Shown here: one piece after another, positions 1 through 12,691 of the stretch
How the letters are laid out: each line of letters starts with the position of its first letter
How positions within the stretch are numbered: position 1 is the first letter of the stretch
NCBI GenBank assembly: GCA_951406725.2
Contig: OX597822.1
Coordinates: 94,612,001 to 94,676,000, forward strand
Source: Octopus vulgaris
Lineage: Eukaryota
Reading direction: 5' to 3'
DNA: 64,000 nt
Notes under the pieces: generated by a model
Databases searched by the model: none
Seen by the model: only the letters and a program-made list of their open reading frames with translations
What the model was told of the DNA's origin: nothing
Position numbers and translations under genes: made by a program

Positions 1-343
1 GTGTGTGTGTGTGTGTGTGTGTGCGTGTGTGTATATATACATACATATATATATATATACATGCATATATATACATACATATGTGTGTATATGTGTGTGT
101 GTGTGTCCTACTACCATTTGACATCTCCAGCAAAAGTGGCTGATAATATAAGTCCTGGGGGTCGATCCATTCGACTAAGAATTCTTCAAGGTAGTGCCAA
201 CCAAAGCCTTTGCAAGTGGATTTGGTAGATGAAAACTAAAAGAAGCCTGACATGTATACATGCATACACACACATATATATATATTATTATATATATATA
301 TATTTGTATTTATGTAGGTGTGTATGTATACATATATATAGAC

Positions 344-390
<47 letters not shown>

Positions 391-814
391 TACATACATA
401 AATACATACATACATATATATATTTTGTGTGTGTGTGTGTGTCTTTTTGTCTATCTTTGTTCCTTGTCATCGCTTGACAACCAATGTAGGTATGTTTGCA
501 TTCCTGTAAATTAGCAGCTCAGCAAAACACACCAATAGAATAAGTACTAAGCTTACTAAGAATAAGTCCTGGGGTCGACTTCTTTGACCAAAAATCCTTT
601 AAGAGGGTGCTCCAGCATAGCTGCAGTCAAATGACTGAAACAAGTAAAAGAATAAAAGAATAGGATTAGCTGTGTGGTAAGAAGCTTCCTTCCCAACCAC
701 ATTGTTCTGGGTTCAATCCCACTATGTGGCATTTTGGGCAAGTGTCTTTTACTATAGCCTCAGGCCAACCAAAGTTTTGTGAGTGGATTTGGTAGATAGA
801 AACTGAAAGAAGCC

Positions 815-873
<59 letters not shown>

Positions 874-1086
874 TATATGAATGCATTTGTGTCTGTGTTT
901 GTCCCCACCACTATTGCTTGACATCCAATGTTGGTGTATTTATGTCCCTGTAACTTAACGGTTCGGCAAAAGAACTAATAGTAAAAGTACTAGGCTTACA
1001 AAGAATATGTCCTGGGGTCGATTTATTCAACTAAAAGGTAATACTCCAGCATGGTCGGAGTCAAATGATTGAAACAAGTAACAGAG

Positions 1087-1156
<70 letters not shown>

Positions 1157-1160
1157 TATA

Positions 1161-2263
1161 CAAGGGTTGGACAAAATAATGGAAACACCTAGCGTCATAG
1201 CATCATAATTTTGAAATATCTATAAAACTATCAAAAGCTTGTTAATTTTGATTTTTTTTATTTATTATAAGTGTTGCTTAATGTTTTGTTAAAATTGCTG
1301 TTTCATTTCAGATATCATCAGAAAAAGGTAATTAAAATTCATTAAAATGACAGATCAATCAGACTTCCAAAGAGGTCAAATTGTTGGTGTTCATATGGAA
1401 GGCGCTAGCATAATGATAACAGCCGCAATGTTTGGTGTATCAAGAAGTACTGTCTCGAAAGTAATGACAGCCTAAATAGAGGGAAAAACTTTCTCGTCGA
1501 AGCAAAACTTTGGAAGAAAACCAAAATATTCAGATAGGGACTGTCAGACTCTAAGGCAAATTATTGAAAAGGATCTCAAAAGTACTGCAGAGCTTAATGA
1601 CCACCTCGAGAACCCAATCTCCACAAAAACTGTTTACCAGGAGTTGCACAAAGCCGGATTTCACAGGAGGGTTACAATTAGAAGACCACTACCTTCAAAA
1701 ACAAATGTTGCAAAGCATTTAGAGTGGAGTAGAAACTATATGGGGTAGTCATACCTGTGATGATCTGGGGTGCTATATTTTGGAAATCTGCTGGCCTAAT
1801 GGTTTCCCTTCATGGCAGAATTAATAGTCAAGACTATTTAAGCATTTTATCTGATCAAATTTATCATTTGGTTGTGGAACTATTTCTGGAGGGAAATGCA
1901 ATCTTTCAGGATGATAATGCACCAATTCACACAGCTAAAATTGTTACTGAATGGTGCGAGGAATAGTGAAGTTGAAAATCTTATCTCACCACCACAGTCC
2001 CCAGATCTCAATATTATTGAACATTTATGGTGCATTTTACAAAAACAAGTAAGGAGTCGATATCCTTCCCATCATCACTACAAAAACTGGAGACTGTTTT
2101 AGCTGAAGAACGGACAAAAATTCCTTTGGAAGCAATTCAAACTTTGTACAAGTCCATCTCTAATACAATTCAAACTGTAATTACTGCCAAAGGTGGTCCT
2201 ACCCCATATTAAAATAAATTTGTTTAAAATTTTAAGGTGTTCCATTATTTTATCCAACCCCTG
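1161..2263 (+). mobile_element. Tc1-family DNA transposon fossil, internally deleted
   Basis: TIRs CAAGGGTTGGACAAAATAATGGAAACACCT / AGGTGTTCCATTATTTTATCCAACCCCTG with TA flanks; peptides MTDQSDFQRGQIVG, MIWGAI, FQDDNAPIH, SPDLNIIEHLW, AKGGPTPY, with stops and frameshifts. Confidence 0.9.
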
Positions 2264-2268
2264 TATAG

Positions 2269-2312
<44 letters not shown>

Positions 2313-2387
2313 ATATAAAGGCAGTAGTACAGAGGGAGAATGCTGTATTTTATATGGTAGTGATGATGTAGGGGTGTTGTTACTAGT

Positions 2388-2390
2388 AGT

Positions 2391-2432
<42 letters not shown>

Positions 2433-3140
2433 CAGTAGTAGTAGTAGCAGTAGTAGTAGTAGTAGTAGTAGTGGTAGTGCTGGTAGTGGAATAGTAATGG
2501 CGATATTATATTGGTAGTTATAGAAGTTCTATTCTTGTTCTCTAACCCAAGATCAATGCTGATTGGACATTCCTGCCATGACTATCTTGGTGGTGGTGGT
2601 GGTGGTGGTGTTGGTGGTGGTGGTGGTGGTGGTGGTGATGGTGATGATGGTGGTGGTGTTGGTGGTGGTGGTGATGGTGATGGTGATAGTGGTGGTGATG
2701 GTGATAGAAGTGATGACAGTACCCCTATTGCGATGGCATGGTGATAGCCGTGGTGGTGGTGGTGTTTGGAGGGATGGTGGAGGTAGGAATGATGGTGTTT
2801 GTTTGAGGGATGGTAGTGGTGGGGGTAGTGGAGGTGGTGGTGGTGGTGGTGGTGGTGGTGGTGGTGGTGGTGTTTGGAGGGGTGGTGGATGTAGGAATGA
2901 TGGTGTTTGTTTGAGGGATGGTAGTGGAGGTGGTGGTGGTGGTGCTGGTTGTGCTGGTGGTTTTACTGGTAGTGGCATGGTTGGTCGGCATCAGTGATGA
3001 CGATTGTGATAGGGTAAGCATATACAGGAAATGGTTGAAGGCTAATCTTCTGAATTCTAACATTTTCTGATCCAGAAAGAAAATGTCAACTTAAGCTATA
3101 ATCTCAGATAACTGATTGTTATTGTTATTGTTGCTGCTGC

Positions 3141-3177
<37 letters not shown>

Positions 3178-3591
3178 GCTGCTGCTGTTGTTTCTGTTGT
3201 TGTTGTTGTTAATGCTGTCAAGCAGTTGCAGTTGTTATTGCTATTGCTGCTGGTATTCCTGTTGTAAAAACTGTTGTTATCGATAATGACGATGATGATT
3301 TTGATGATGATGATGATTTTGACGATGATGATGATTTTGACGATGATGATGACGATGACGATGATGATGACGATGATGATGATGATGAGGATGACGATGA
3401 TGATGATGACGATGATGATGATGATGATGATGACGATGATGATGATGATGATGACGATGACGATGATGATGATGATGATGACGATGACGATGACGATGAT
3501 GATGATGATGATGATAATGATGATGATGATAATTTTGATGATGATGATGACAATGACGATGATGACAATGACGATGATGATGACGAAGACA

Positions 3592-3625
<34 letters not shown>

Positions 3626-3730
3626 GGATGATGATTATGATTATGATGATGATGACGATGATGATGATGACAACGATGAGGACAACAACGATGATGATGA
3701 TGATGCTACTGTTGTTTGTGTTGTTGTTGT
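2388..3730. repeat. Compound trinucleotide microsatellite cluster (AGT)n, (GGT)n, (GTT)n, (GAT)n
   Basis: Directly visible; explains the low-complexity ORFs. Confidence 0.95.
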
Positions 3731-4108
3731 AATTGTTATCCTGTTGTCTCTATTATTCTTTTCTACTCTAGGCACGAGGCCTTAAGCACACAACCCTTTT
3801 TCGGCTGGGACTGGTGTCACAAAGCATAAAACATAAATTTTCGTTTCTTTCCTTGTAGAGTAGAAAGCCCTACTGACAATTCTCTAATTGGCCCCTGCAA
3901 GTCCTAGCACTGGAACTGCCATTCAAGAATTTGGACCTGGAGATCTCCATTTCCAGCGACTTCAAGGGCCACCTCCCAGTGGTGTTGGGCGTCAACGAAG
4001 AGCCCTCGACTACAAGACGACTAAAGTTTTTTTTTTTCCCAAGGTCTGGGGTCTCCTGCCCCTAAGCCCTAGACCATCACCTAATCACCCTTTCCCGTCT
4101 TGTTGCTT

Positions 4109-4139
<31 letters not shown>

Positions 4140-4699
4140 GCACTGACCCGTTTCACGAGTTCTGAGAAATATGGAATTAGACCTTATACAACATTACATC
4201 CAGGTCCACTTTGACCTGGAGTGGCAGTACTTGCAAGAGCCTCAGTTACATATCGAGTAACAGAGCATAGTCTTGTGGATAAAATATACAAGACTCAGAG
4301 AAGAGCTGGGCCCTTGCACATGTGTCATACAGATCCACCGTTGTGTGGACATGCTATGGTATTTCAAGAACTACTTTCTCTGTCTAAAAGTTAAATTGGT
4401 CCTGTGCCTGAAGGATAAGCTTGGGAAAGCAGGAGACTAGCAGGATAAACTGTAAATAAACCAGCAAGAAGATGGTAATGCATAGTTCACCAAAAAAATC
4501 ATATGCATCTTCAGACTTTGACACGAAGATCCATGGTGACCAATGCCTGTGGACATGGCACAAGAAAAGAGAGGACAGAGAAAGCTTAAAGACAAAATGG
4601 TCAAAATGAAGAATTAGAAGAACTAACAGCTCATTGGTTTTGAGATCAAACATGTTGCAGACATTTCGCTGTGTCTCTGATGAGTTTTTTTTTTTTTGT

Positions 4700-6660
4700 T
4701 TTTACCTTTTTTTATGGTTTAACTGTGCCACTACTGCTGTTATCACTGTCATTGCCATCACCACCACCACCTCTACCACCACCACTACCACTGCCACCAC
4801 CACCGCTGCCGCCGCTGACACCACCGCCACCAGCATGACCATCACTATCACTACTATTCTGTGACACTACCATCATCACCATCACCATCACCATCAGCAC
4901 CATCACTCTGCTATTACCACCACCACCACCACCACCACCACGAGCATGACCATCACTATCACCACTATTCTGTGACACTACCATCATCACCATCACCATC
5001 AGCAACATCACTCTGCCATTACCACCACCATCACTACCACCACCACCACCACCATCACCATGACCATTACTATCACCACTATTCTGTGACTCTACAATCA
5101 TCACCATGACCATCAGCACCATCACTCTGCCATTACCACCACCACCACCACCACCACCACCACCAACACCACCACCACCACCACCATCACCATGACCATC
5201 ACTATCACCACTATTCTGTGACTCTACAATCATCACCATCACCATCAGCACCATCACTCTGCCATTACCACCACCACTGCCATCACCACCATGACCATCA
5301 CTATCACCACTATTCTGTGACACTACCATCATCACCATCACCATCAGCAACATCACTCTGCCATTACCACCACCACCACCACCACTGCCACCACCACCAC
5401 TGCCACCACCACCACTGCCACTACCACCACCACCACCACCACTGCCACCACCACCACTGCCACCACCACCACCACCACCACTGCCACCATGACCATCACT
5501 ATCACCACTATTCTGTGACACTACCATCATCACCATCACCATCAGCACCATCACTATGCCAATACCACCACCACCACCGCCACTGCCACCACCACCACTG
5601 CCACCACCACCACTGCCACCACCACCACCACCACCACTGCCACCATGACCATCACTATCACCACTATTCTGTGACACTACCATCATCACCATCACCATCA
5701 GCAACATCACTCTGCCATTACCACCACCACCACCACCACTGCCACCACCACCACTGCCACCACCACCACTGCCACTACCACCACCACCACCACCACTGCC
5801 ACCACCACCACTGCCACCACCACCACCACCACCACTGCCACCATGACCATCACTATCACCACTATTCTGTGACACTACCATCATCACCATCACCATCAGC
5901 ACCATCACTATGCCAATACCACCACCACCACCGCCACTGCCACCACCACCACTGCCACCACCACCACTGCCACCACCACCACCACCACCACTGCCACCAT
6001 GACCATCACTATCACCACTATTCTGTGACACTACCATCATCACCATCACCATCAGCAACATCACTCTGCCATTACCACCACCACCACCACCACTGCCACC
6101 ACCACCACTGCCACCACCACCACTGCCACCACCACCACTGCCACTACCACCACCACCACCACCACTGCCACCACCACCACTGCCACCACCACCACCACCA
6201 CCACACTGCCACCATCCATCACTATCACCACTATTCTGTGACACTACCATCATCACCATCACCATCAGCACCATCACTATGCCAATACCACCACCACCAC
6301 CGCCACTGCCACCACCACCACTGCCACCACCACCACTGCCACCACCACCACCACTGCCACCATGACCATCACTATCACCACTATTCTGTGACACTACCAT
6401 CATCACCATCACCATCAGCAACATCACTCTGCCATTACCACCACCACCACCACCACTGCCACCACCACCACTGCCACCACCACTACTGCCACTACCACCA
6501 CCACCACCACCACTGCCACCACCACCACTGCCACCACCACCACCACCACCACTGCCACCATGACCATCACTATCACCACTATTCTGTGACACTACCATCA
6601 TCACCATCACCATCAGCACCATCACTATGCCAATACCACCACCACTGCCATCACCATCAC
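4700..6660. repeat. Higher-order (CAC)-based minisatellite with alternating ~170/200-bp units
   Basis: About 12 copies of CATGACCATCACTATCACCACTATTCTGTGACACTACCATCATCACC, separated by (CAC)n/TGC tracts. Confidence 0.92.
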
Positions 6661-8055
6661 TTATTTCCTTACTACCCACAAGAAGCTAAACACAGAGGGG
6701 ACAAACAAGGACAGACAGCCGGATTAAGTCGATTATATCGACCCCAGTGCGTAACTGGTACTTAATTAATCGACCCCGAAAGGATGAAAGGCAAAGTCGA
6801 CCTCGGCGAAAATTGAACTCATAACGTAACGGCAGACGAAATACCACCCGGCATTTCGCCCGACGTGCTAACGTTTCTGCCAGCTCATCACTGCTACACC
6901 ATCATCCTCACCATCATCACCATCACTCCTGCCCCCACCCCTCCTGTAATCATTATTTTATGACATCACCATTGTCACCAATCTTAAAACCATCACCACC
7001 ACCATTACTACAATCACTGCTGCCACAATCAGTCAACACTACAGTCTTACACCACCACCACCACCACCACCACCATCACCACCATCACTACCAGCACTGA
7101 TACCATCTTCTCTACTACTACTACTACTATCATGTTACCAATCATCACTGCTACTATCATCCACTAGAAACACAACACCACCACCAACACAACCACCAAC
7201 ACCACTGCCACCACCACCACACTGCCACCACCACCACCACCACTGCCACCACCAGCACCAAGCACTGAAGGACTGTTAAACAATTTCATAGGTGTTTTTT
7301 TTCTTTCATTGATGCTCTGTCACTGTGAACTGAAATCTACTTTGAATGTTGAGTCATCAATGGTTCCATGTATGAGACACTATGTGTCATTTGAGCCAAC
7401 GTGACAGGCCATTTTTGGTCAGTCAGTCTGCTAGAAATAACAGCTAAATCTCTTGAATGAAATTCCACTATCTTAGAAAAGAGCACATTAGATGAATTGG
7501 TTTTCTAGGTTCTATTGTATATACAGGAAAAGGTGGGATGGTCATAGTTGGAATTCTTTGATCATAGATCTGTTTGATCAGGGCTGACATGTGACTAAAC
7601 AACAACTGCAACAATGAGTCAATTACTGAGCTACTAAGTGGAGTCTTGACTTGCAAGAAATAACAACCAAATCTCCCTCAAATCACACCCTATTCTCTTA
7701 GAGAAGAAGAGTACATTGGATAATGTATTCCAGGGTGCACTATGACAAGAAGAAAGATGGTCAGTTATAGATGAAATGACTTCGACTATAAGTTTGCTGA
7801 GCCAAGTTTGACCTGGGGCTAAACATCAACATTGACAGGTTAATAGTTAATCAACTTTGCCCTGTGTAAGCCATTCTATTGTAACTCTCAACCAATAATC
7901 CATATACTCTCTTTGGTTCTGGTTTGAAGGTGCATGGTCCAGTGGTTAGAGGGTTTGGTTCATGATCATAAAGTCATAGGTTCCATCCTGAAAAGGCAGC
8001 ACATTCTATCCTTGAACAAGGCATTTCATGTCATATTGTTTCAGTTTAGCCAGAA

Positions 8056-9372
8056 TTATTTGTTTGTTCAGAAAATAATGGCTGATTTAAAAAATATGTC
8101 TATATTCTTAAAAAACTGAACTTATACAAAGGTATACATAGGCGCAGGAGTGGCTGTGTGGTAAGTAGCTTGTTTACCAACCACATGGTTCCGGGTTCAG
8201 TCCCACTGCGTGGCATCTTGGGCAAGTGTCTTCTGCTATAGCCCCAGGCCGACCAAAGCCTTGTGAGTGGATTTGGTAGACGGAAACTGAAAGAAGCCTG
8301 TCGTATATATGTATATATATATATATGCGTGTGTGTGTTTGTCCCCCTAGCATTGCTTGACAACCGATGCTGGTGTGCTTATATCCCCGTTACTTAGCGG
8401 TTTGGCAAAAGAGACCGATAGAATAAGTACTGGGCTTACAAAAGAATAAGTCCCGGGGTCGAGTTGCTCGACTAAAGGCGGTGCTCCAGCATGGCCGCAG
8501 TCAAATGACTGAAACAAGTAAAAGAGAGAAAGAGAGAGTATAATTATTCAAAATATGATCCCTGAACAGCTATGCATTTCTCCCATTGATTAACAAGATC
8601 ATTTGTGCCTCTTCAATAAAAATCCAAAGGTTTTGATGCCAAGAAATCCTTAAATTCAGTTTTGGTCTTGGTTTTGGAACAGAAAGTATTTTTGCCTTAA
8701 ATAAGTTTCTAGATGCTTGAAAAAGTGGTAGTTGGCAGGTGAAAGATCAGGAGAATATGGAGAATGTGCTAAAGTCTTGTATCCCAAGTCTGTGAGCTTC
8801 TGCAGTGTCAGCCTGGAAATGTGTGGTTGTGTATTGTCGTGGAGCAGAATTGGACCCCATCAATTAACAAGTGCAGGTCTCGTTTTGGTCAAGTAAACTC
8901 TGACACCAAACTTATGAGACATTTCTCTGACACTTTGAATGTTGGGTTTTGTTCAACTGTTGTTTTCAAATGCTGATTATCAAGGATAGATGGATGTCCC
9001 TTACCTCTTTGACCTTCAAGGCTCTCATTCATACTATGGAATCTCTCAAATCACCATCGTACCGTCTGATCACTAGTGGGCATTTCACCTCATGATATTG
9101 GCGGGTGTTTGGGAAGCAAAAAGTAAAAGCATTTCTTCTTTTTTCATGTTTGAAATTAAGGATTTCTATGCTTCGAAATTATATTGTGAAAGGAATCAAC
9201 AAAAATTTGCGCAGGAGTGGCTGTGTGGTAAGTAGCTTGCTAACCAATCACATGTTTCAGGGTTCAGTCCAACCGCATGGCATCTTGGGCAAGTGTCTTC
9301 TGCTATAGCCCCAAGCCGACCAATGCCTTGTGAGTGGATATGGTAGACGGAAACTGAAAGAAGCCTGTCGTA

Positions 9373-9421
<49 letters not shown>

Positions 9422-9734
9422 TTGTGTGTCTGTCTGTGTCCCCCTAGCATTGCTTGACAACCGATGCTGGTGTGTTTACGTCCCTGTCACTTAGCGGTTC
9501 AGCAAAAGAGACCGATAGAATAAGTACTGGGCTTACAAAGAATAAGTCCCGGGGTCGATTTGCTCAACTAAAGGTGGTGCTCCAGCATGACCGCAGTCAA
9601 AATGACTGAAATAAATAAAAGAGTAAAAGAGAGAGTGTACGCATCAATTATTAAGTATGTAAAATTTCGTCTAAAACACTACAAATTAAAAAAAAATTAT
9701 TTTTAATTAGACTATATTTTCCGAACAACCTAAT
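8056..9734 (-). mobile_element. Degenerate mariner element interrupted by two SINEs
   Basis: Degenerate TIRs (..TTGTTCAGAAAATAAT / ATATTTTTCCGAACAACCTAATA); minus strand shows HDNTQPH- and YSPDL..YHFF-like remnants. Confidence 0.65.
8140..8540 (+). mobile_element. tRNA-derived CORE-type SINE with internal microsatellite (family B); further copies ~200-660, 665-1090, 9209-9635, 22715-23010 (+) and 33768-34142, 43060-43478, 43495-44350, 52941-53351 (-)
   Basis: A box TGGCTGTGTGGTAAG, B box GGTTCAGTCCC, CORE-like CTTGGGCAAGTG, AAAAGAG tail; at least 9 near-identical copies in the window. Confidence 0.88.
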
Positions 9735-10094
9735 AGTTCCAACTAAGTCCTGGTGCAACTCTCTATCCTGGATATTTTAATGGGTTTAAAAATGAAGTAG
9801 GGATCCAAGAGGGTCTCTGTGTCTGCTCCATTACCACATTGACACCTAAAACAGATTATAAAAGCATGATACATCATACTAGGCTATACTTGGTTCTGTT
9901 AGTTTGACTGATAAAAGCAGGTGTTACATCTACATAATGGTTGAGTCGTTAACAGTAGAAATGGCAGCCAGTTTAAAAAAAAGCAACTGCTCTAGCAATG
10001 AGTTACCAAGAAAGACTATCACTAAGCCTGCTAAATAAAGCAGTCAAATCTCTCTCAAATTTCATCCTTACACCTGGAATAAATTAAGAAGGTT

Positions 10095-10872
10095 GTGAGC
10101 TGGCATAAACATTAGCACGCCAGGAGAAATGCTTAGCGGTATTTCGTCTGTGGTTACGTTCTGAGTTCAAATTCCGCCGAGGTCGACTTTGCCTTTCATT
10201 CTTTCGGGGTCAATTAAATAAGTACCAGTTACGCACTGGGGTCGATATAATCGACTTAATCCGTTTGTCTGCCCTTGTTTGTCCTCTCTGTGTTTAGCCC
10301 CTTGTGGGTAGTAAAGAAATAGATATTTTGTCTGCCGCTACGTTCTGAGTTCAAATTCCGCCGAGGTCGACTTTGCCTTTAATCCTTTTGGGGTTGATTA
10401 AATAAGTACCAGTTAGGCACTGGGGTCGATATAATCGACTTAATCCGTTTGTCTGCCCTTGTTTGTCCTCTCTGTGTTTAGCCTCTTGTGGGTAGTAAAG
10501 AAATAGGTATTTTGTCTGCTGCTGCGTACTGAGTTCAAATTCCGCTGAGGTTGACTTTGCCTTTCATCCTTTCGGGGTCAATTAAATAAGTACCAGTTAC
10601 GCACTGGGGTCAATATAATCGACTTAATTCGTTTGTCTGCCCTTGTTTGTCCTCTCTGTGTTTAGCCACTTGTGGGTAGTAAAGAAATAGGTATTTTGTC
10701 TGCCGCTACGTTCTGAGTTCAAATTCCGCTGAGGTCGGCTTTGCCTTTAATCCTTTCGGGGTCGATTAAATAAGTACCAGTTACGCACTGGGGTCAATAT
10801 AATCGACTTAATCCGTTTATCTGCCCTTGTTTGTCCTCTCTGTGTTTAGCCTCTTGTGGGCAATAAAGAAAT
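10095..10872 (+). repeat. Head-to-tail tetramer of SINE family A (~185-bp unit)
   Basis: One full head followed by units that restart at TATTT(T/C)GTCTG (about 10140, 10324, 10508, 10692). Confidence 0.9.
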
Positions 10873-11144
10873 AAGTTTATCACCATATTTCTGTTGAAGC
10901 ACACTGCATTTGTTTCAGTTAGTTTTGAAAATGATGAAGAATTTAAGTAAAATAACTTAGTTGTTATTGTTCTGGTGCTTGTAACATAAATTAACATGAA
11001 CTTTTGATGGAAGGTTTTAACTAAGGTCACTATAAAACAAGGAATCTGTTTCAAAGAGCCATGAGCAGTTTCAGGTGGGTATCAGCAAAAGAGTTAAAAT
11101 ATTCAATGCTTGAGAAAAATATGAGACACTAATGGCTACAATAA

Positions 11145-11600
11145 CATTCCTCGTTATGTAAACCTCCTCGAAGAATGTGAAGACACAGGCTGGAAAATGG
11201 AACATTTTCCAATCGAAGTCGGATGTAGAGAGTTTGTTGGACACAGTGTGAGACGACTGTTGTTATCGCTAGGCCTAACTCATTGTAAAGTCAATACCAC
11301 CATGACCGATATCCAATCTACAGTGGAGAAGGCTAGCCACTGGATTTGGTTAAAAAGAAACGATGAGCGATGGCTAGAAGGATATTGAGCTTTTTTTGAT
11401 AACCAGCTGATCTAGCAAGCAGGGCCTCATATTAGTGAGTGTGGCCGGTGTGCATTGATGCCGTCGAGAGGTAGGCCCCGAAACGGTGCGCATTCTCTCC
11501 TGATGACCCCATACACTTGCTGGCTTCTGGTATACGGAGCTTTTGACCGGTAGCACTTGCATGTGCAAGTTGTTTGCAAGACATCTATGATTATGAGTAT
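11145..11600 (+). mobile_element. HERO-clade (RLE) non-LTR retrotransposon 3' fragment
   Basis: RYVNLLEECEDTGWKMEHFPIEVGCREF..VEKASHWIWLKRND..W, typical of HERO C-termini; GC-rich 3' UTR follows. Confidence 0.78.
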
Positions 11601-12007
11601 ACTACATAAGGAGATGACATCGAGCTAGACAACAACTATTAATACCCCAACAAAACACCTCCCCATCCATGTAAACATAAAAAATGGAAACTAGATAAAA
11701 TATATAAATAAAGGGGTAAAGAAACATCATTCAGTGATAATCTTTATTTCACTTAATGTGCTTTCTTCTCCCTGAAACAAACCATCATTTGTCTCCCTGA
11801 AATCAAATGTTTAATTTTGCTTTTAAAATTTATTTAAGTTAATTAATTCAATGCTATTGTCAGTTAATTATGTAACTTGGTAGCATAATTAGCATTTTTT
11901 CTATGTAATGTCAATATGAATATGTTAAAGCCAGCTTGTAATAAACAAGAAATAAATGAACAGTAAAAGTAGTTAGAAATAATTTACAAAAGTGTTAACT
12001 GCTGTTT

Positions 12008-12691
12008 TTAACCCTTTAGCATTCAAACATGCCATATCTGGCTCAGATGTTCTACTTGTGTTTTATGTTCAAATGAGTCAGATCCAGCCTTTCACACCTA
12101 CCCTGCAATGTTATTCTAAGAATAAACTATCACATCATTGAAATATTAGTTTCAAATTTTGGTACAAGGCCAACAATTTCAGGGAAGCCGGGGTAAGTGC
12201 TTGACTGGTATCTATTTTATCAAGGCAGTGAGCTGGCAGAATTGTTAGCCCGCCGGGTGAAATGCTTGGCGGTATTTCGTCTGCCGCTACATTCTGAGTT
12301 CAAATTCCGCCGAGGTCGACTTTGCCTTTCATCTTTTCGGGGTCGATTAAATAAGTACCAGTTACGCACTGGGGTCGACTTAATCCGTTTGTCTGTGCTT
12401 GCTTGTCCTCTCTGTGTTTAGCCCCTTGTGGGTAGTAAAGAAATAGGTATCTATTTTATTAACCCTGAAAGGTTGAAAGGCAAAGTTGATTTTGGCAGAA
12501 TCTGAACTTAAAATGTAAAGATGGATGAAATGCCGCTGAGCATTCTGCCTGGTCCACTAACCATTCTTCCAGCTTGCTGCCTTACATCATTGAAAATATT
12601 GAAGGTGTGAGTTAACGCATTATTAATTCAAACCAATGTAAATAAATAAGTATTACATTTGACAGAGTAATCTGAATGATTAGGAGTTAAA
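12008..12691. mobile_element. Older copy of piggyBac-like MITE family 1 with nested SINEs
   Basis: TTAACCCTTTAGCATTCAAAC start; interior similar to 54787-55014; degenerate GGAGTTAA end. Confidence 0.65.
12223..12447 (+). mobile_element. tRNA-derived SINE (family A); further copies 6661-6888, 12710-12929, 26578-26725 (-) and 23896-24107, 28063-28220, 48899-49127, 50535-50745, 54261-54495 (+)
   Basis: A box TGGCAGAA..GTTAG, B box GAGTTCAAATTCC, central GCCTTTCATCCTTTCGGGGTCGAT..AAGTACCAG; the 48899 copy has a ~16-bp TSD TACATACAGCAGTAGC. Confidence 0.88.

Noticed and set aside
8140-8215. tRNA genes at SINE heads (A/B boxes)
   Set aside because: No complete cloverleaf; they continue into SINE bodies and are multi-copy.
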